Shown in pieces: positions 12,551 to 23,139 of a stretch of 64,000 bases of DNA. The stretch comes from Leucoraja erinacea (Eukaryota): contig NC_073416.1 in NCBI RefSeq assembly GCF_028641065.1, forward strand, positions 6,696,001-6,760,000, in the 5' to 3' direction. Both the position numbers and the translations under genes were made by a program. The number at the start of each line of letters is the position of its first letter. Position 1 is the first letter of the stretch. The notes beneath the pieces were generated by a model. The model saw only the letters and a program-made list of their open reading frames with translations, was not told the DNA's origin and did no database searches.

Positions 12551-12700
12551 GGAGATTCTGGAGGTCCTCTGAATTGTGAGCATAATGGTATTTACTATGT
12601 CCATGGAGCCACAAGCTTTGGAGCTGCAGCAGGATGTGACATGTTCATGAAACCAACAGTATGGACCCGCTTCTCAGCTTACATCAGCTGGATCAATAAT
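12551..12700 (+). CDS. CELA1: Elastase exon 7 (catalytic Ser195)
   Basis: [50 protein letters not shown]|gtacgt. Confidence 0.95.
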
Positions 12701-13629
12701 GTACGTTAGCTTTTGATTTCCATTATAATTTTATATTACATACAAGATGCTACTGCAGGCACCTCTTATTTTATGTGAGGGTTACCTTCTTAAAAATCAG
12801 CGCTTATCTCAAAAATGCATAAATTAAGCATAAGAATGTATGTAAGTGGTACAGGTTAAAGGAAAAGCCATATAAGCATCTACATCACATAATAAATAGT
12901 TTATTTATGACCAGCATTATTCTTTTACCTTACTCATTAATAAAGAAAAAAGTTAATAAAGTAAAAACAGAGAGTCTCTAATGTTAAAAGATTGACGGGA
13001 GAAGATAAACAACTTCAATATTTTGGTTGATGGAGAAAACAGAGTTTCACACTAAAAAGATGTGTGAAATACAGCAAGTTGAAATAAACATGCACCAAGC
13101 AAAGATGACCCATACAAAAAGTGAGAAAGTGGTAAGTGTATTGTACAGTATCTTGCAAGGCATCGCACGTGACTACACTGATAGGCGTGAATTTGAGTGC
13201 GTTATTTCAAGAATACGAGTGCGTAAATTAGGCGTTGGTATTAATTATACAAGCACACTATTCCAAAAATGTATGGATCAAACACGCATAAAACGTGATA
13301 TGGCTGTATTCTGATTTATTTCACCTTGCACAGAGCTTTCTGTGATGAGATCATGGGATCTCATCTTCATTATGGCTTCCTTAATGATTATCCATCCATT
13401 TAAATCTGAAATTACTTACAAAAAGGGAAATGGATTGGGGGAAATGCAGAGATGCTGATTAACACGATAAATACACGCAAACAAGGGAAATACAGCCTCT
13501 AGTAAATGTCCAAGCAATACTAAACATCAGAGGTGTAGTCAGGGTAGAAACGCTGTAAAGTCTCCAGGAAATAAGGTAAATGTGTTTTCCCCCAATGTTC
13601 CACTGAAGTTGCAGCGAGAGATTAGAAAT

Positions 13630-14803
13630 TCAATAGACAATAGGTGCAGGAGTAGGCCATTCAATGTGATCATGGCTGATCATCCCCAATCAGTACCCCG
13701 TTCCTGCCTTCTCCCCATATCTAGGTATGTTGCAAAACCTACCTGAATCGTCGCTGAGAATCTACCCCAGCCCGTGTGCGCGATTTTGGCGCTGTTTAGA
13801 GGGGGCGGGTTTAAAACGCGATTTTTACTAGGCTGTTCCAATCGAAGATGTTCAGCCTAGTAAATCATTAACGAAAAATCGCTGAAAGACCCCGTCGCAA
13901 AAGGTATTATTAGTTTTATAGGCCTCGAATAATAGTTATAATAGTTTTAAAATCACTCTCTCAACCCGCGACCTCTCGCAGCCCCAGGGTTTTATAAAGC
14001 AAACAATTAAAGGTATGTACCTTATTTTTACATTAAAAGGGGCTTCTTAAGACCCCTTTATACAAAGTTTACTATAGCGAGTAGTTCATTTTGGGCTCTT
14101 TATATCCCGCAGTATTTTTCTGGGCATTTGAGGGCACAAATCCAGCGCAATGTGAACGTTCTAAACCAGCGCGTTCACAGGAACCCACTAGAAAGCTGAT
14201 TTAAAATGGACTTTAATTTACAGCAATTGAACACTAAATTCCTTCCATTTGGCCTATAAATTGATGTAAATGAGATTTTAAAATCATGTTTTATTGTGAA
14301 TTATTTGTGAATATTACTTGGACACTTAGGCTATTTAAAAATGTTAATCATTTATTAAGAAATGGATAGATGTTTAGATCTAGTAATTGAAGTTTGAAAT
14401 TAGCTACAATTGGGTAACTAACTAATTATATGCTTTAATTTCAGGTCATCCAAGTAAGATTATTTTATATTTGTTTCAGAATGGTTCAATCTATGATAAC
14501 TGAAAATTTCATTCAGTTCTCTTAATTTTTAAGAAGGTTATGGGCTTTTGACTGTCCATGATCACAGCTTTTTTGTTATGTCCATAGAAAATCAATAGGG
14601 AACAAGATGCTAATTTCCGAGTATGAAAATGGCCATAACCTTTTTATTACTTGAGATATGAAAGTGAATTAGGTGTCAAATTAAACTTATTTTTATGCTT
14701 TATCTGATGGGATAAATTGCAGACTTGATTTTTTAAATCTCAAAATTTTGTAACATTGCTACCATATCCATCTTTAAGAGCCCTATCTAGCTCTCTCTTG
14801 AAA
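13630..14803 (-). mobile_element. CR1 3'-end fragment split by a DNA-transposon-like insertion
   Basis: CAATAGACAATAGGTGCAGGAGTAGGCC...CTCCCCATATC on the left continues as CCATATCC..ATCTTTAAGAGCCCTATCTAGC after 14761. Confidence 0.7.
13722..14761. mobile_element. Non-autonomous TIR DNA transposon (hAT-like TAG...CTA termini), 7-bp TSD
   Basis: Left end TAGGTATGTTGCAAAA vs reverse complement of right end TAGCAATGTTACAAAA (13/16); CCATATC duplicated at 13715-13721 and 14762-14768; no ORF. Confidence 0.75.
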
Positions 14804-14922
14804 TTCTTAAGGAAATTCTACCCAACTCCACCTCACCCAACACATCTGTAAGTCATGTTCCTGTTCAAACCCAGATCAAAGCATTTCAGAAAAATTAATG
14901 AAAATCATGTTTTATTTTCCAG

Positions 14923-14940
14923 AAAATCGCTTATTATTAA
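14923..14940 (+). CDS. CELA1: Elastase exon 8 (terminal, KIAYY*)
   Basis: ttttattttccag|AAA ATC GCT TAT TAT TAA; same 5-codon length as the VIASN* last exon of elastase 1; poly(A) signal at 15006. Confidence 0.78.
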   Translation, partial: KIAYY

Positions 14941-15005
14941 ATGCTGGATTGCAACGGCCAAAGTGCAACGTGCAGCCAATACATCTATTTCCATTAACTG
15001 GATTA

Positions 15006-15011
15006 AATAAA
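15006..15011 (+). terminator. Poly(A) signal of the elastase gene
   Basis: AATAAA overlapping ATTAAA, about 65 nt after the stop, followed by a T/GT-rich tract. Confidence 0.65.
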
Positions 15012-15329
15012 GCAAGAAAATAATATAATTTTTCCTGTTTGTTGCCTCTTGATATTGATATATAGTGTCATAGTCGTACAGCGTTGAAAGAGGTTCTTCG
15101 GCCCAACTTGCCCACATCGAACAACATGTCCCATTTCATTCACTTTACATTTTATATATATTTTTTACGTTTTTGGCACTCCATGGTGCTTTAGAGACAT
15201 GGGAGGGGTGTCATTAGTGGGCCAGGGGTGTATTGAAGTTTTATTATCTCGTGACCTCTGTTGGTCTGGAAAAACTGATTATCCAGAAAGACTCTGGAAC
15301 TGAGGGTAACAGAAAATCGGTGTTCAATC

Positions 15330-15475
15330 TGTAAATTTTATCCCTCAGAATACTCTCTAGTAGCTTTCCGGCCACAGATGCTAGGCTCACTGGCCTGTAG
15401 TTCCCAACTGTTGACCTGCAGCCCTTCTTGAATTGAGACACAACATTTGCCACCCTCCAATCTTCCAGTACAGTG
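15330..15475 (-). mobile_element. CR1 RT fragment
   Basis: EDWRVANVVSQFKKGCRSTVGNYRPVSLASVAGKLLESILRDKIY. Confidence 0.75.
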
Positions 15476-16979
15476 AAAAAGTATGAGATAAGGATATAAG
15501 AATAGAAGATGCGCAAAATGTGAAACCAGAGGAAGGAGTATACATGGATGTGGACGGGGGGGGGAAGGGGAAAGGGAGAAAAGAGTGTGCATCCAGGTGA
15601 AAATTTGTAGCAGGTGCTAAATTCATTCAAATATCTACAGCACATTCGGAAAAACAGATAGAGACGTAGATAAGACATTATTTCAGCCTTTGAAGATATG
15701 TTAGTGATGGGAAAATAAAACCTCAATCCTGATTTTAAGGCTGATATTTTTGATTTGTGATCATGCTAGTGTGATATCAATTTAAATATTCACATTTTCA
15801 ACACTTAATATGTAAAATGTTGCGGGGAGTACTGCAATTTCAAACATCCTATACTTTGAATGTGATTGTAAATAAACCCCTAGCTTCCCTTTCATTTGAA
15901 TGTAAAAGATCGCAAAAGCATTCATTGAGGAAGAGCAGGGAGGTTTTCCCTGATGTCCTGTTCAATCTGGGCATCATCAGGCTGCTGTTTGCAAAAACTC
16001 GGTATGCAAAAATCGACTCTCACATAATACATATTACAAAGTGATTATACACGGAAGTACCAATGTTTTGGACATCCAGCAGTTGTGCAAAATGCTACAT
16101 AAATGCAAATTTATTCAGTTTATTATTGCACTAAATGGAGGGAAGCGTGAATTGAAGCGTAATTTGCTGCTACACCCAACCAGATTCCACATTGAGAGTA
16201 ATACTCTGGGATATCGACCTATATCATTGGGAGCGTTTTGTATATCTCAGACACTTTCCTCAGACAATCGGAACTTTAAACAGGCATAGTATTGGGGCCA
16301 CGGTATGTATATTCAACCTATCAAATTCTAGAAGCAAGGATCACTTACATCACAGAATTATTTCCATAAAGTTATTGCTAATTGAAGGTTTAGTGTGAAT
16401 TAATAAATCATGCTCTACCCAAAGAAAGTTGTGTGGCATTTGGCTGCCATGATAATTGCCACAATATAACCCTAAGATTTACTAAGATACAAAAATATAT
16501 ACCCATCCCATCCTCCAATTGCTCCAAAAGCTTTTCACTGGACCTCGGTACACGTGACAATAAACTAAATTGAACTGAACCAAAAAATCCCATGAGATGC
16601 CTCAAGGCTGAAAATTGGTTGTTTACCATCAATTTTGAACTCACTCAGTCATCCCGTTCTCTCCCTGATCCTTGCCATCCTTACCACTGGGTAGCTGGGT
16701 GCTCCAGGATTGCTGATTTAATTCAGTTACAGTGGTCCAAATGGATTTTTGGACGTTCCTGGATCAGAAATTACCTTCAAACCATCCACGTGTTTTTCCA
16801 TCTGGAAGCAATAGAGTAAATATTTATCAAAGGAATCGTGTTATTAGGTGAATAATAAATACTTGTTCATCAAAGAAAAAGTGGTCTGTAGAGAGCAGTT
16901 GTATGAGAGCTGCCTCACAATCAAAACATAACACGTCTTCCACAAAGTTGAAGTGTGTTTGTGAAAAGTGAAAAATTAG

Positions 16980-17190
16980 ATGCTAAAAATCTGAAATAAA
17001 AAATTCTGGATAAACTCTGCAGGTCAGGCACTGTCTGTGGAAAAAGAAAAACAGAGTTGACATTTCAGGTCAATCACATTTCATCAGTTCTGGTGAAAGA
17101 TAAAAGATCCTTAATTTGAAATGCTATCTGTTTCTTTCTGCATAGATGCTGCCTGACCTGTTGATATTTCCACCATTTTCTGTTTTCTTC
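16980..17190. mobile_element. Old palindromic (inverted-dimer) Penelope terminal-repeat remnant
   Basis: CAGGTCAGGCA..TCTGTGG and ATAGATGCTGCCTGACCTG inverted arms. Confidence 0.55.
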
Positions 17191-17699
17191 CTGTCCATCT
17201 GGTCAAATCTTCTTACTGGTCAGTCACTCCTGACTGAGGATGACTTGCTTCCACTTTAGCCCTATGAATCCTAGGGTGGTTGATAAGACCAATATAGGAA
17301 CTGCAAACCCTTCCACAACAAGGGCGGGAGGTTCCTGACAGGGTGAGTGGACACTTGTGAGGTGGTGTGCTCCTTCAACCATTTGTTTCTTAGTCCTCCT
17401 TCTCCACTTTCAGTGGTTATGATCCACAGGATTCCAAATATTAGTGGGGAAGTTGCACTTTTTTCCAATATACCTTTGTGCAAATCTTTGAATTTTTATC
17501 TGTCTGCCTGGTCATTTCTTGTAATGGAGGTCAGAATAAAGTTTGTGGTTTAGAGATCAGGCACGCCAATGAGATGATCTGCCTCATGGAGGCAACTGAG
17601 TGTAATTAGGACCTGAATGTTGGTCTGGAAAAGAACATTGATGTTGATTTCTTATCCTCCTTCCAGTTTGAAGTGTACAACAATAAATGTAATTGTGCC

Positions 17700-17960
17700 A
17701 GCAGAGCATGGCGGCACAGTCGGAATACCTCAGGTATTGTCTATGTGGAGCTTGCACGTCCTCCCTGTGACCACGTGGATTTCCTCTGGTTGTTCCAGTT
17801 TCCTCACACATCCCAAAGATGTGTGGGTTTTGTAGGTTAATTGGCCTTTGTAAATTGCCCCAAGTGTTTAAGGAGTGGATGTGAAAGTGGGATAACATAA
17901 TGTGAATGGGTGACTGTTGATCACCGTGGACTTGGTGGGTCAAAGGGCCGTTTCCAGGTT
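17700..17960 (+). mobile_element. Degraded tRNA-derived SINE
   Basis: TGTGGAGCTTGCACGTCCTCCCTGTGACC...GTAGGTTAATTGG core shared with the other SINE copies. Confidence 0.6.
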
Positions 17961-18289
17961 AGGCAAGAGATTGGTGATTTTTCATGAACACTGGTCAGTC
18001 TGACACAAATAGTGGTTGAAATGGGATGGAAGGGGAAGTAGGTAAGTAAAGGGGGAGGGTATGTAGTCGGAGCATGGGGTTGTAGTTGACGTGGTTGGAG
18101 AGTCTGACCCTGCGCTCATTCAGATCACTCTTTATCCAAATCTCTCCGAATCGGGTAAGTACCTCGACCCTATGCATTTGGTGAAAAGATGCCGAATATC
18201 TCCGCTTTTCCCCTCACTGTCATTTCATTGTCCTATCAGGGACATATGACAATAAACTCACTTGAACTTGAACAACTAAAGCCTCTCGC

Positions 18290-18900
18290 CCACCGCTGAC
18301 GTCCACGCCTCTACGTGAGACTCTTGTGTCTCGTCTCCACGGCAACACGAAGCTGAGCCCGCCAAATTTGACCATTCTGGGAATAAACATGGCAAATGTC
18401 GTTCGTGAGAACCCTCTGCGGCTTTATTTAACTATACATTGTTTAAATTGCCTTTTTTGAGAGAAAATAGACGACATCGCGAGTCGACGACCTTTGCACC
18501 CGCCCAGCCCCCTTGTTTTGTAAGATGGCGCTCGCTCGGATATGCTTCCGGCTTCAGCGGCTGAAGGGACGTGGTTCCTCTGAGTTTTTATACTATCCGA
18601 CGATCTGTGTCTCTCGGTAAGATACGTTTTAACCTGGGGCTTTGGTGCTCTGTATTTATTATTATCGGTCACCGTTTCTGTATTCGTTTTCCCGCGTATC
18701 ATTTGCAGACCTCCGAGTCCCGCAACCCACACACACAGGTCGCGCAATAGCGAAGGTGTGTTCCAAATATTAAATACCCGGGACACTATCATCTGACAAA
18801 TTCAACTTCAAACATCACGCGTTTAACATTGCAGCAGCCGTCGCTTCTTCACTGAGGCTGTCCGTCGTTTTGTAGTCATTTCGAAAATCAAAGAATGACA
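18290..18900 (+). promoter_or_regulatory. CpG-rich promoter of LETMD1
   Basis: Local CpG enrichment; RFX X-box-like GTCTCCACGGCAAC (18333-18346), E2F-like CCCGCCAAA, YY1-like AAGATGGCG overlapping the ATG. Confidence 0.6.
18525..18616 (+). CDS. LETMD1: LETM1 domain-containing protein 1, exon 1 (putative mitochondrial presequence)
   Basis: MALARICFRLQRLKGRGSSEFLYYPTICVS(R)|gtaaga. Model: join(18525-18616,22094-22254,26443-26558,26790-26872,27789-27975,29019-29120,29378-29530,30775-30871,31156-31238) = 1074 nt, 357 aa. Confidence 0.82.
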
Positions 18901-19239
18901 GAGTAGGCCTAAACCTGTTTGGTAGAACTATTCCAATTAGTCCATCTCCCTTTACCACGTAGCCTTTTTTGTTTTATGCTGTTCCATTTAATACAAGTCA
19001 GAGTAAACAGTTTTTTCTCCGGTCTGCAGGTTGTGATTAGTGGGTTACCACAGGGATTGGTGCTTGTCAGTCGCAATTTATGAGGGATTTGGTCGAGGGG
19101 AGCAAATGTCATGTTTGTTGTTGTTTAAAAAGAGAGGAGAGTGCGGAGGGTGCAAGGATGCTTAAAGAGGATGCGGGCAAGCTAAGTGGGTGAGGACTTG
19201 ACAGCTGGGATATGATGTAATGAAATGTCAGATCATCTG

Positions 19240-19450
19240 TAGAAACAAGGAATTGTAGTTGTTGGTTTACAAAAAAAGACACAATGTGTTGGACTAACTC
19301 AATGGGTCAGGCAGCATCTCTGGAGAACATGGATAGGTGATATTTCGAGTTGGGATCTTTCTTCAGACATCCCAACCTGAAAGGTCACCTATCCATGTTC
19401 TCCATAGATGCTGCCTGACCTGGTGTGTTAATCCAACGCTGTCGTTTTGA
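19240..19450. mobile_element. Inverted-dimer Penelope-derived element with 11-bp TSD, inside an old CR1
   Basis: Arms GGTCAGGCAGCATCTCTGGAGAACATGGATAGGTGA and TCACCTATCCATGTTCTCCATAGATGCTGCCTGACC; TSD CAGATCATCTG at 19229-19239 and 19451-19461. Confidence 0.72.
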
Positions 19451-19939
19451 CAGATCATCTGCCATGGTGCACAAAATAGGAAAGCAGAGTTTTATTTAAA
19501 TGGTGTCATTAAATGACAGATTAGAACGTTGTTGTTCAAAGGGAACTGGGTGTTTATGTGCACAATAAACTTAAGACTAATATGAAGGTATGGGAAGTTG
19601 TTAATGGGCAAATGGTATGTTAGCTTTTGTTGTGAGAGGCTTTGAGTAAAGAGGTTTGACTGGCAGAGCCATCATGGATTTAGGAAAGGGAGCTTGTGTT
19701 TTACAGATCAGTTTTGGGATTGTGAGCAGCAGAACAGATGGGAAATTGCTATTGTGCATTCAAAGCATCGCATGTGAGTAAACAAAGTGAGAGCATGTTG
19801 GACTGCGGTAATATACTGGTGTGGAATGAAAATTGGTTTATGGACAGAAAACAGAATAGGAATTAAAGGGTAGTTTTCTAGTTGCGGGGCTGTAATGGAT
19901 TAGTTGTAATGGTGTTACAGCGATTTGATTAGTACATTA

Positions 19940-20417
19940 CATAGAAACATAGAAACATAGAAATTAGGTGCAGGAGTAGGCCATTCGGCCCTTCGAGCCT
20001 GCACCGCCATTCAATATGATCATGGCTGATCATCCAACTCAGTATCCCGTACCTGCCTTCTCTCCATACCCCCTGATCCCCTTAGCCACAAGGGCCACAT
20101 CTAACTCCCTCTTAAATATAGCCAATGAACTGGCCTCAACTACTCTCTGTGGCAGAGAGTTCCAGAGATTCACCACTCTCTGTGTGAAAAAAGTTCTTCT
20201 CACCTTGGTTTTAAAGGATTTCCCCCTTATCCTTAAGCTGTGACCCCTTGTCCTGGACTTCCCTAACATCGGGAACAATCTTCCTGCATCTAGCCTGTCC
20301 AACCCCTTAAGAATTTTGTAAGTTTCTATAAGATCCCCTCTCAATCTCCTAAATTCTAGAGAGGATAAACCAAGTCTATCCAGTCTTTCTTTATAAGACA
20401 GTCCTGACATCCCAGGA
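19940..20417 (-). mobile_element. Young 5'-truncated CR1 LINE
   Basis: Open C-terminus LSYKERLDRLGL..LEFRRLRGDLIETYKIL..RTRGH..FFTQRVVNLWNSLP; (TTTCTATG)n tail; near-identical to 62517-62995. Confidence 0.9.
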
Positions 20418-22093
20418 TAGGATACATAGGATACAGGTAGGGCATTTAAAGTATTAGTAAGTGTAATAAATGTAACAATATAAACTGGGTAGGGAAATAG
20501 TTCATGTTTCAAGTTGGTGACGTTTGTGTAAGGTGGTAATTGAGCTAATCCATCAGTGTAACGTTTTGTCTTGACAGTTGTGCCTAGCTGTGCAGGTGTG
20601 TGCATTAATGTCAATCTTATTTTGAGTACATTACTTAAAAATCCTTATAGAACTGAATCTGCAGTCAGTTTGCCATTTGAGGACCAGTGTCTTTCTGATG
20701 ACCAGTATAATTCTGGAGTGTTTTGTAACAGCACTTGAGCGCAAAGCGTTTTCAGTAGAAATGGTCAGTGCAGTCTGACTCTAGCATTTTTTCTCTTATC
20801 TTTGATTACCTTATAAAAGTTTCCTAGCGCAAAAGCAAATGCATCAAACAGCTGGAAATGTACAGATTGCTTACAATGTTCTAAAATCACCCGAGCGCAA
20901 AATAAGCATTTTGTTTTCTAAAAATGCATCAAGAGTTTAAATCTCAATCTTGACAATGGTCTTTTTTTTTAAAGTGAGATGCTTTTCAGTAATGAAGGTG
21001 AAGTGAACAAATAAATTAATCCAGGAGATCGTTATTTCCTAGTCAGGGTTGTGTTAGCTGATCTTGGCCAGGCCAGCAACAGTTACAATAAGACTTGGTG
21101 CTTTAAGGAAAGTTGGCCAAAGTTCCATGCCTTGATTGCTAATTAATGACTGGAATCTGTGCTGTGCATGGGTCAGTTCAGGACCTGGTTTTTTAATGCT
21201 GCATTCTTCCTTTTCCTCTGTTCAACCTGAAGGTAAATTCGTGTGGGAGCAATGGGGGGTATTCAAGGACAAGGAAGGGAGGGATGAAATTCAATCTGCT
21301 GAAGGTGTGAAGCCATGTTTTTGGGGAAAGTAAACAAGATAAAGGGATGCTTGATAAGTAGCAGGAATCTGGGAAATCTAGAGGGACAGAGGAACTTTGA
21401 AATGTATAATCTAAAGATCCCTGAAGCTCAAAGAAAAACAGGAAGAAAATATGATGATGAAGACACATGGGAATTCCTTAATAGGCCAAAGTTCTGAATA
21501 TGAGCAAGGAAGTTGTGTGAGAATTGTATAAAATGTTAGTTAGATGGCAGCTAGAAAAATGTGTACAATATGGCTTACCAAAGTGCAGAATGGACATGAT
21601 TGTACTGACAGATCGTCAAGAATGTCGCAATTTTAGATGTTTTAGATTTTTTAATTTTAGATGAGACAGACTAGGGCTGTTTTTTCTGGAACAGAGAGCA
21701 AGGGGAAATTTAAAAAGGGAAGTCAGTAATCGAGTGGCATTGATTTAAGATAATCAAAGAAGGAATAGAGGGGAGTGCAGAATAAATTACCGTTCCCCGG
21801 GTGCCTGGAAGTCTGCATCTCACTGTCACATACCCTTAGCCTCTTTAAAAAGATGCTGGACGGGCACTTGAATTGTCTACACACAAGGCTGTGGACTAAG
21901 AGAATTGGGGCACGTGATTAAGATGGATAGCTTGTACTCTGTCAAATGGCCTCCTTCTCTGCTTTACATTTCTATCATCCTTTCTGAGTACAGTTGAAAA
22001 GTAACAACATACTTTGTGGTAAAACTGCTAACAGATTAATTGATAACTTTCTTATTTTATTTCCCTCGCCACCAATACTCCATCCCACCACAG

Positions 22094-22254
22094 GCTTACT
22101 AGTCACCAGTTGTCACAATTTTTCACAACAGCGAAGAGGAGTACTTTAAGTTCAGCTATCATCTCAAAGGCCAAACGTTTGAATGCAAAATATGAAAAAT
22201 TTCTGGAAATAAACTTTCCGCGTTTTTATGGTATCTATTCAACTTTTTTCCGAG
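22094..22254 (+). CDS. LETMD1: LETMD1 exon 2
   Basis: ..KAKRLNAKYEKFLEINFPRFYGIYSTFFR(G), matching the FPRFY motif of LETMD1. Confidence 0.92.
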
Positions 22255-22317
22255 GTAAGTTAGTAACCAGAAGATGTTAATAATGTTTCACCAGTAAACA
22301 TGACAAAAATGTTGGAA

Positions 22318-22342
22318 GGGGGGGGGGGGGGGGGGGGGGGGG
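22318..22342 (+). repeat. 25-nt poly-G tract
   Basis: Uninterrupted G run about 63 nt downstream of the LETMD1 exon 2 donor. Confidence 0.85.
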
Positions 22343-23139
22343 CACACACACATAACTCTTGATTTGGCAGCGAAATACTATGGAGGGGAGAACGTCAGAA
22401 TTACATTTAATGCACATCTCTACAGTTTGTGTTGACTATTAAATATTGATGGAATCAACTATTAACAAAGTCTGTACAGTTGCAGCTGTCTCAGCAAGTA
22501 AAAGTATTATCTGGCGTATGTTGTACCTTTTAATAGACAACAGGATTTGATTTGGAATCTGTAATATTAAGCCCATCTTGGATAGAACTGTGGTTGTGTA
22601 ATTGTGGATGTGACACCGTTCAGGATGATACAGTAGCTCCCAGAAAGGGAAAAAAAGAAACCAGTCAGTCATTGCTATTTCGTGACCACATTCAGCAAGT
22701 GACTTGTATTGATATTGTGCCTTAACTTTCCAAATTATCCCAAGGTATTTAGAATAGAAGAATGAATTGTTGTTTAGCCATTGGAGGGGAGAGCAGGAAG
22801 CGATCAAGGGATTTATTTCAAGCTCTTTTCAAATTGTTAATATTTGACATTTTGAAAGAATCAAATTTTGATGTGGCTTGATCACTCTGTCCCTTGTCCA
22901 ATATTGTTATCTTACCCACATGTAACAAGTCTATAGGAGGGTGCTGAGTCTCTGGAGTTCTGAGGATGTTATAAGCAGAGCCAGTTGAGGGGAACCTGTA
23001 AATGAGGTGGCTTTGGTAATCCAGAAGTGACTTATGATGATGAAAAAGCCTAGTGCACAAGATACAAGCTCGCAATATAGGTGTGGAAGGGGGTGGGGGG
23101 TGGTGAGTGTTAATATGAATTGAATGAAGACTAACGGTC

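Noticed and set aside
13334-13345. Alternative elastase last exon (cag|AGC TTT CTG TGA, SFL*)
   Set aside because: The 14923 exon has a better pyrimidine tract, the expected 5-codon xIAxx* pattern and a nearby poly(A) signal
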